Positions 58,710 to 64,000 of a DNA stretch of 64,000 nucleotides are shown in pieces. The translations under genes were made by a program, and so were the position numbers. The DNA lies in NCBI GenBank assembly GCA_045110695.1, contig JBGCGH010000043.1, forward strand, positions 12,755 to 76,754. Direction: 5' to 3'. The notes beneath the pieces are model-generated. The model was not told the DNA's origin. It did not search any database and worked only from the letters and a program-made list of their open reading frames with translations. Source of the stretch: Bdellovibrionales bacterium (lineage in GTDB: Bacteria > Bdellovibrionota > Bdellovibrionia > Bdellovibrionales > UBA840). Positions within the stretch are counted from its first letter, which is position 1. Every line of letters starts with the position of its first letter.

Positions 58710-59563
58710 ACGTAAAAAGTTTTTTTGACCCAGATACCTTCACTTTAAGCTATGTAGTGTTTGAAGAAGGATCCAAAGATTGTATTATTATTGATCCAGT
58801 TTTGGATTATGATCCAAACTCTTCTTCTACTTCAAAAGAGAGTCTAGAGAAGCTCTATAAATATCTTTCCAGTCAGTCTCTAAGTCCCACTCATATTTTA
58901 GAAACTCACGCCCATGCGGATCATTTAAGTGGTGCTATAGAAATTAAAAAACGCTTTCCAGAGGCAAAACTTGGTATTGGTGAGAATATAACGAAAGTTC
59001 AAGATGCATTTAAAAACGTCTACAACTTACCTGAAGAGTTTCTAACAAATGGCTCTCAGTTTGACCTTCTTTTTGCAGATGGTGAGCTTCTGGAGACGGG
59101 CGGTCTTAGGATTGAGGTTTTACATACTCCTGGGCATACTCCTGCCTGTGTTTCTTATCTGATTAACAAGGAACATCTTTTCGTAGGTGATACCCTTTTT
59201 ATGCCAGATTATGGTACTGGTAGGTGCGATTTTCCAGGTGGAAGTGCTGAAGACTTATATACATCTATTAGCGCAAAGCTTTATAGTCTTCCTGATAATA
59301 CAATTGTATACACAGGTCACGATTATCAGCCCGAAGGACGAGAGCTCCAGTTTAAATCTACTATCGGAGAGCAAAAGTCAAAGAATATTCAGCTTCAATC
59401 CAGTACATCCGCTCCGGAGTATATTGAGTTCAGAAAAACAAGAGATGCAGGTTTAAAAACTCCCAGGCTTTTGTTGCCAAGTATTCAAGTAAACATCGAT
59501 GGGGGAAATTTGCCTCCTGCGGAAGCTAATGGAAAAAGATATTTAAAGATCCCTATTGAATAG
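58706..59563 (+). CDS. MBL-fold persulfide dioxygenase-like protein (ETHE1/Blh type)
   Basis: ETHAHADHLSGA (HxHxDH), HTPGHTPACVSY, GDTLFMPDYGTGRCDFPGGSA, YTGHDY. 4-nt overlap with the upstream gene. Confidence 0.75.
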   Translation: MNVKSFFDPDTFTLSYVVFEEGSKDCIIIDPVLDYDPNSSSTSKESLEKLYKYLSSQSLSPTHILETHAHADHLSGAIEIKKRFPEAKLGIGENITKVQDAFKNVYNLPEEFLTNGSQFDLLFADGELLETGGLRIEVLHTPGHTPACVSYLINKEHLFVGDTLFMPDYGTGRCDFPGGSAEDLYTSISAKLYSLPDNTIVYTGHDYQPEGRELQFKSTIGEQKSKNIQLQSSTSAPEYIEFRKTRDAGLKTPRLLLPSIQVNIDGGNLPPAEANGKRYLKIPIE

Positions 59564-59584
59564 GAAGCTAAGTAGTTTTAAATT

Positions 59585-59675
59585 TGAAAACTGAAAACTG
59601 AAAACTGAAAACTGAAAACTGAAAACTGAAAACTGAAAACTGAAAACTGAAAACTGAAAACTGAAAACTGAAAAG
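59585..59675 (+). repeat. Heptanucleotide tandem repeat (TGAAAAC) x12 perfect + 1 imperfect (TGAAAAG)
   Basis: Counted directly: units start at 59585+7k for k=0..11, and the last unit 59669-59675 has 1 mismatch. The repeat ends 1 nt before GAGG (59677-59680) and 10 nt before ATG 59686. Confidence 0.98.
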
Positions 59676-59685
59676 CGAGGCTGCA

Positions 59686-60045
59686 ATGAAGAAAGAGCTA
59701 GAAAATATCCAAGTGACAGAAGATGGTGTGCCAGAAATAAGGGTTAATGATCTTCATGCGATGGATACAAAGCCACTCCTTATTGATGTTAGGACATCTT
59801 CAGAATACTCTGGAGAGCTTGGGCACATTGCAGATTCAGAACATTGTGAGCTTGGTCCTGATCTTGAGAAGCGCATTACAGAACTAGAAAAAGAACAGTC
59901 CGTAATCTTTGTTTGTAGGTCCGGTAAACGCTCGGCCAATGCAACATTATTTGCAAGACAGCAGGGGATAGAATCTTCCTATAATATGCAAGGGGGCATG
60001 CTCGAATGGAATGAGTCTGGTTTTCCCATTGTAAAAGAATCTTAA
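59686..60045 (+). CDS. Rhodanese-domain sulfurtransferase
   Basis: 119 aa. LIDVRT..EY..GHI, active-site loop FVCRSGKRS, GG...W. Confidence 0.85.
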   Translation: MKKELENIQVTEDGVPEIRVNDLHAMDTKPLLIDVRTSSEYSGELGHIADSEHCELGPDLEKRITELEKEQSVIFVCRSGKRSANATLFARQQGIESSYNMQGGMLEWNESGFPIVKES

Positions 60046-60094
60046 AAACTCGTCCCTGTAATCCAACCAGGGGTAGGAAGACAATTTTTATGTT

Positions 60095-60137
60095 TTTCGA
60101 CCCAGATCGTCGAAAGCTTGTTTTTGATTTTTCTTAA
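60095..60137 (+). terminator. Probable rho-independent terminator after the rhodanese gene
   Basis: Stem TTTCGAC (60095-60101) and GTCGAAA (60109-60115), followed by gcttgtttttgattttt. Confidence 0.5.
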
Positions 60138-60180
60138 TTACTCGTGCTACTCCTTAACCAACTAAAACAATGGGGGTAAG

Positions 60181-60618
60181 ATGAGAATTTGGCCGTTAAA
60201 TATAGTTATAGTTTTGTTGGTTGCTTGCGGTGGTGGCTCTGATGTCGAAGATGGTGTAAATAGTTTTGATAACTCAGAATTTACGGGCGAATATCAACAT
60301 CAAGATTCCTATTCAACTTGGTCTCTAAAAATAAATAGAAACACCATTGGTATTGAAAGAAGCTGTCTTTTTGATCGAGGAAATGTACTCAGGCAAACTA
60401 GTACTACCGTCTCAGCCATTTATTCCCAGCCAGATGTCAGTCTTTTAGAGATACAAATCACTAAAACTAGTGAGTATCAATCTTCTGATGAGTTTTATGA
60501 GTGTTCCATTCCTTCTGTTTACGAAGGTGAAGTCTATCTGCTAGATCAGGTGAATTCAAATAAGTATGTATTAAAACGCGATACTGGCGAAGTGTTCAAA
60601 AGTTTCGAAAAGCTTTAA
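60181..60618 (+). CDS. Hypothetical lipoprotein
   Basis: Lipobox LLVAC followed by GGGS. Confidence 0.5.
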   Translation: MRIWPLNIVIVLLVACGGGSDVEDGVNSFDNSEFTGEYQHQDSYSTWSLKINRNTIGIERSCLFDRGNVLRQTSTTVSAIYSQPDVSLLEIQITKTSEYQSSDEFYECSIPSVYEGEVYLLDQVNSNKYVLKRDTGEVFKSFEKL

Positions 60619-60652
60619 TTCTAATTGGGCATCCGATCTTGTGATAGATGCC

Positions 60653-61915
60653 CTATAGATCTTTCCAACAATCCACATAGCCTGTGTCCAAGTTTTTGCT
60701 CAAAGCCCATTTCGTTGGTTGGAAAATATGGGGACCTTCAAACATAAACGCTAAGGTATCAGCCTGGTAGACTGGTTCCAGCTTTGCCTCACTTGCTTTT
60801 TTAAATACATCGCTATCAGGTCCATGGGCTGTCATAGAATTGTGTAAACTAGCGCCTCCAGGTAAAAATCCTGTTTCCTTTGCATCATATACTCCATGGA
60901 TTAGCCCCATATATTCGCTCATGATGTTTCTATGGTAATAAGGCGGTCGAAAAGTATTTTCTGCCACCATCCATCTCGGAGGAAATATAACAAAATCTAA
61001 ATTTGCTTTTCCTGGTGTATTGCTCGGTGAGCTAAGTACTGTAAAAATACTTGGGTCCGGATGATCGAAGCTCACAGAATTAATGGTGTTAAACTTTTTC
61101 AAGTCATATTTATAAGGGTAGTAGTTTCCATGCCAGGCTTCAACGTCAAGTGGACTTGAACTTAAGTCAGAGCTAAAAAAGTTTCCCTGAAACTTATAAA
61201 CCAGCTCAGCTCTTTTTTCTGAGGACTCTGCGTAAGCGGTAGGTGCCTGAAAATCCCTCGGAGCTGCAAGGCCAGAGGAACCAATGGGCCCTAGATCTGG
61301 AAGTTGTAATGGTGCTCCAAAGTTTTCTAACAAATAACCCCTAGCACTTTTATTAATAAGCTCCACACTGAACTTTATACCTCTTGGTATTACTAAAATT
61401 TCGGTGGGTGATACTTGTAGGATGCCCATCTCGGTAGATACTCTCAATCCACCTAACTGTGGTACCAACAAGAACTCACCATCTGCATTCATAAAATACT
61501 GATTAGACATGCCTTGATTACAATTATAATGATGGATGTTGGAGCCCGAGCTACCAAGAGCTCCAGAGCAAACCATTGTTTTTATGGACTTTAAAAAAGA
61601 CACAGAGTCCGTTGGAAGTTCTTCCGGAAGCCACCGATATTGATCAGGCATAGTAGGCCCGGCATCGGGGCTTGAGATAAATTTTTCTAATCCCGCTTTA
61701 GGTTGGAACCGGCCATGAGATACACTTGGACGCTTCCTATAGAGCCATGTACGGAGATTATCTATTCTTGGTTGTGTGAATGCTGAACCAGATAAAAGCT
61801 CGGCGTAGAGTCCATTTTTGAGCTTTTGAGGGGAGTTTTGTCCTTGAGGTAATAGACCTGTTTCTGTTTCTGATTCAAAGTAGTTTCTAAATCCTGATTG
61901 GTAAACTAAAGACAT
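60653..61915 (-). CDS. hmgA: Homogentisate 1,2-dioxygenase
   Basis: 420 aa. GFRNYFESE...LPQGQNSPQ....GLYAELLSGSAFTQPR, WHGNYYPYKYDL, FRPPYYHRN.MSEYMGLI.G.YDAK. RBS TAGGAGGGG. Confidence 0.92.
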   Translation of the reverse strand: MSLVYQSGFRNYFESETETGLLPQGQNSPQKLKNGLYAELLSGSAFTQPRIDNLRTWLYRKRPSVSHGRFQPKAGLEKFISSPDAGPTMPDQYRWLPEELPTDSVSFLKSIKTMVCSGALGSSGSNIHHYNCNQGMSNQYFMNADGEFLLVPQLGGLRVSTEMGILQVSPTEILVIPRGIKFSVELINKSARGYLLENFGAPLQLPDLGPIGSSGLAAPRDFQAPTAYAESSEKRAELVYKFQGNFFSSDLSSSPLDVEAWHGNYYPYKYDLKKFNTINSVSFDHPDPSIFTVLSSPSNTPGKANLDFVIFPPRWMVAENTFRPPYYHRNIMSEYMGLIHGVYDAKETGFLPGGASLHNSMTAHGPDSDVFKKASEAKLEPVYQADTLAFMFEGPHIFQPTKWALSKNLDTGYVDCWKDL

Positions 61916-62013
61916 GACCCCTCCTAAAACTTAAAGCAATTCAGTAGCTTAGATAGCAGAAGTCTATTTTTATCTATTTGTTTTGTATAGTGAAAAAAGA
62001 AATTAACAAATAC

Positions 62014-62055
62014 GCTGAGCACTCTCAAAAGACCCCCCCAGAGAGAGTGCTCAGC
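62014..62055. promoter_or_regulatory. 13-bp perfect inverted repeat about 100 bp upstream of hmgA (candidate operator or hairpin)
   Basis: GCTGAGCACTCTC (62014-62026), 16-nt spacer aaaagacccccccaga, GAGAGTGCTCAGC (62043-62055). Confidence 0.4.
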
Positions 62056-62223
62056 CTAGAAGTTGAAACGTATCAATTCGCCCCGATTAGGACTCTTCTT
62101 GGGTAGTTTATAATTTATCTTTGGAGGAAATAGAAATTATAAGTTTTGTGGGACGCTATAAGTCATATTTATTTTGCGGGTTTTTTGGGCTAAGAGTTTT
62201 TGGGTTTGGGTATTGGCAGTCGA

Positions 62224-62350
62224 CCTCTTCTTTATTCTAATTTCAAACTAAAGCTGGCTTGTCCGTGCTCAGACAGTCCTCCTCGCGGGGCTCGTGCGGA
62301 ACTGCGCGCGGACAAGCCAGCTTTAGTTTGAAATTAGAATAAAGAAGAGG
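62224..62350. repeat. REP-like palindromic element: 42-bp perfect inverted arms around a 43-bp GC-rich core. This is the uninterrupted paralog of the IS target.
   Basis: 62224-62265 (cctcttctttattctaatttcaaactaaagctggcttgtccg) is the exact reverse complement of 62309-62350. The core 62266-62308 contains gctcagaca|gtcctcc. Confidence 0.9.
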
Positions 62351-62540
62351 GCTCTTTTCTTGGAATTTATGATGGGGGGGAAGTGAAAGGATGGTGATGG
62401 GGTGGTGGTGTTTTGGGACTGGTGGGGGGGGGGTGTGTAGAAAGTATAGGGTTGGTTGCTTGTTTATTGGGGGATGGGAGTGAGAAGGGGGTGGTTTTGA
62501 TTGGGGTGGTGGCATAGGGATTGCTGTATTAAGGGGTAGA
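62351..62540 (+). repeat. G/T-rich, C-depleted low-complexity tract with G7 and G10 homopolymers
   Basis: By my count only 7 C in 190 nt. G7 at 62374-62380, G10 at 62424-62433. Run pattern GGGGG-at-GGG-agtgagaa-GGGGG-tggttttgatt-GGGG at 62469-62506. Confidence 0.85.
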
Positions 62541-62559
62541 GCCGAACAAGGAGGCCATA

Positions 62560-62709
62560 ATGACACTGAAGAAATGGATAATTGCTGGATTTGCTTTAGG
62601 GATGATTGGGTTTGGAATTAGTATGAAATCTAATACACAAGAAGTGAGTGTAGTTAAAGATGTGGAGAGCAGCCGTACGCTGGCTTGTGTTCCTTGCTCC
62701 TCTAAATAG
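62560..62709 (+). CDS. Small membrane/secreted peptide (49 aa), below the ORF-track cutoff
   Basis: MTLKKWIIAGFALGMIGFGISMKSNTQEVSVVKDVESSRTLACVPCSSK. Strong SD AAGGAGG 5 nt upstream of the ATG. Hairpin terminator 70 nt downstream. Confidence 0.5.
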   Translation: MTLKKWIIAGFALGMIGFGISMKSNTQEVSVVKDVESSRTLACVPCSSK

Positions 62710-62777
62710 ATTGAGATTTTCAGTTCGACTTTAATGTCTTGCTGTTAAACTGTGCAAAAACTGTGAGTGTTTATACC

Positions 62778-62802
62778 GGGGCCTTTTAGGCCCCATTTTT
62801 TT
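62778..62802 (+). terminator. Rho-independent terminator
   Basis: GGGGCC-tttta-GGCCCC followed by attttttt. Confidence 0.75.
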
Positions 62803-62976
62803 AGAGTTGATTAGCTTCTACTCAATCCGAATTATGAATTTCTTTGTAGGGTGCATTATCTAGTGCCTTCCTTTTTAGTCTAGGTTATCTCATTATCATT
62901 AACAATCGAACCCCTATAGCGACCGGGATTTTGAATGAAGGACAAGCTATGGGGCACATAAAAAAGGAGCCAAACA

Positions 62977-63432
62977 ATGGCAGGTTTAAACAAAGTTATG
63001 GTAATTGGTAGACTGGGTAATGACCCTGAGCTTAGACAAACAGGTGGTGGACAAGCTGTTTGTACAATGAATCTAGCTACATCAGAAAACTGGACAGACA
63101 AGGAAGGTAATCGTCAAGAGCGTACCGAATGGCATCGTGTGGTGGTTTGGGGTAAGCAGGGTGAGAACTGTGCAAAGTACCTTTCCAAAGGTCGCCAAGC
63201 CTACGTAGAAGGTAAACTACAAACTCGTTCTTGGGAGACTCCTCAAGGTGAGAAAAAATACACAACAGAAGTAGTTGCTCAAATGGTTCAATTCCTTGGT
63301 GACAACGGGAATGCTTCTCAAGGCAGATCTAATAACAACAATACAGCTAGTTCTAATTCCAACGAGCCAGACTTTTCTCAAGATTTTGCTCCGGAGCCTT
63401 TCTTCGATAGCAATGAAGAAGTCCCTTTCTAA
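62977..63432 (+). CDS. ssb: Single-stranded DNA-binding protein
   Basis: [20 protein letters not shown]....G.AV....LATSE.W.DK.G...E.TEWHRVV.WGK.AE. Gly/Asn/Ser-rich linker and acidic tip [17 protein letters not shown]. Confidence 0.95.
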   Translation: MAGLNKVMVIGRLGNDPELRQTGGGQAVCTMNLATSENWTDKEGNRQERTEWHRVVVWGKQGENCAKYLSKGRQAYVEGKLQTRSWETPQGEKKYTTEVVAQMVQFLGDNGNASQGRSNNNNTASSNSNEPDFSQDFAPEPFFDSNEEVPF

Positions 63433-63463
63433 ATTTAAAATTAAAAAAAATAAAACTTTCCGA

Positions 63464-63494
63464 AACGATCCCTTAAAACGGATCGTTTTTTTTA
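63464..63494 (+). terminator. Rho-independent terminator after ssb
   Basis: AACGATCC (63464-63471) and GGATCGTT (63480-63487), followed by a T-run. Confidence 0.75.
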
Positions 63495-63507
63495 TTCTAT
63501 TGAATAA

Positions 63508-63777
63508 TTAAACCTTTGTTTTAATTGTGTTTTCGTCCTGTGTAAGATCTTGATAAGTATGAAATAGTTCTAATAAATATCTCGTATTCAAATGTAGATG
63601 GATCCTATCTGTAAACTTTACTTCAGCAAAAGCACCGATGAAAAAGTACTCTGGTCGTGAGTAGTTCTGAGGTAGAAATGGTTTAACCAGGGGAATAAGA
63701 CTTTTGCTAAAGAGCCAATCTATATTATTTTTTATCCTTACGTGTTTATTATCTTCCACAGGTAGCACGGCCGACAA
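63508..63777 (-). CDS. Hypothetical protein (weak)
   Basis: 89-aa ORF, TTG start, no recognisable motif. Its 5' end conflicts with a possible plus-strand start at 63704. Confidence 0.3.
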   Translation of the reverse strand: MSAVLPVEDNKHVRIKNNIDWLFSKSLIPLVKPFLPQNYSRPEYFFIGAFAEVKFTDRIHLHLNTRYLLELFHTYQDLTQDENTIKTKV

Positions 63778-64000
63778 AAACTATAATAAAAGTGAAATAT
63801 CAGATGCGCGATTCGGAACCGAAGAGCGACAGGAATTCTTAGAAAAAGCTCATAAAATTAAAAGTGAAGTGGGTAAGAGTATCTTCGGTCAAGATAGAGT
63901 AGCGGAAGTGTTGCAGGCCAAAGCATTGCAGTACATCGAAACCTTTCCATCAAGAACTGGAGAACCAGTGTCTCTAAATTTGATCGGCCTGCCTGGGGTT
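63704..64000 (+). CDS. Partial AAA+ (Clp-D2-like) ATPase; N-terminus uncertain, 3' end beyond the window
   Basis: Not in the ORF track (no stop). The frame is open from 63671. The translation ends ...KSEVGKSIFGQDRVAEVLQAKALQYIETFPSRTGEPVSLNLIGLPGV, which is the xIxGQDxAxxxV....R.......P....L.GPxGVGKT pattern just before Walker A. Possible starts are TTG 63704 (gives a signal/anchor-like LKSQSILFFILTCLLSS) or GTG 63869. Confidence 0.45.
   Translation, partial: MLKSQSILFFILTCLLSSTGSTADKNYNKSEISDARFGTEERQEFLEKAHKIKSEVGKSIFGQDRVAEVLQAKALQYIETFPSRTGEPVSLNLIGLPGV

Noticed and set aside
59585-59675. Possibility that the repeat array is a CRISPR or mini-CRISPR
   Set aside because: The 7-bp units are directly abutting with no spacers, and no cas genes are present. 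It is a simple-sequence repeat.
60625-60665. Bidirectional terminator between the lipoprotein gene and hmgA (GGGCATC/GATGCCC hairpin)
   Set aside because: The stem is only 7 bp and there is no convincing T-run on either strand, so it is not reported as a feature.
62243-62566. 107-aa Pro/His-rich minus ORF
   Set aside because: Translation of the C-rich strand of the G tract. It runs through the 42-bp palindrome arms and has no RBS, so it is treated as spurious.
62713-62976. SOS (LexA) box upstream of ssb
   Set aside because: CTGTgcaaaaaCTGT (about 62750-62764) is a direct repeat, not a palindromic CTGT-N8-ACAG. No TTAC-N3-GTAA type box was seen either.

Overview
AT-rich bacterial chromosomal segment of about 75 genes, mostly housekeeping. 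All calls were made by eye from the translations and raw sequence, with no BLAST, HMM or folding run. The gene content (a Glt/Agl-type gliding cluster, many Lys-rich proteins, PilD, HDOD/PilZ signalling) suggests a Bdellovibrio-like predatory bacterium; that is inference only. Clear housekeeping genes: pilD (partial), an ABC-2 transporter, two lepB paralogs, lepA, metK, hpf, rpoN, lptB, an LptC/LptA-like gene, kdsC, kdsD, pyrG, kdsB, engB, maf, guaA, dnaE, lipB, tRNA-Val(GAC), two dus genes, grx, hmgA and ssb. Items worth a second look: (1) A 10-gene operon at 15.2-26.6 kb has the same order as Myxococcus gltB/A-C-D-E-F-G plus an aglRQS-type TolQ/TolR motor. It sits inside the normally contiguous kdsDC-lptCAB-rpoN-hpf locus, next to a divergent GYF_2-GYF_2-PilZ protein that could be a c-di-GMP input. 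(2) An IS1111-type (IS110 family) element at 31747-33078 has inserted into a REP-like palindromic repeat. An uninterrupted paralog of that repeat at 62224-62350 gives the insertion point to within 1 nt. Joining the IS ends would create TTGTGC-17-TATAAT, and the 216-bp region 3' of the transposase holds 6+6 nt matches to the two target half-sites on opposite strands, as expected for a seekRNA/bridge RNA. (3) Both repeat copies lie in strongly G/T-rich, C-poor tracts with G7 and G10 runs and G-quadruplex potential. (4) A perfect 12-copy heptanucleotide repeat (TGAAAAC) sits just upstream of the RBS of a rhodanese gene in a YeeE/YedE, persulfide-dioxygenase, rhodanese cluster. Smaller oddities: a roughly 50-aa poly-Lys N-terminal tail on CTP synthase, a LepB paralog lacking the catalytic Lys, an EVE-domain gene translationally coupled to dusC, and a stand-alone FliG C-terminal domain protein. 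No CRISPR array, rRNA gene or prophage was seen.
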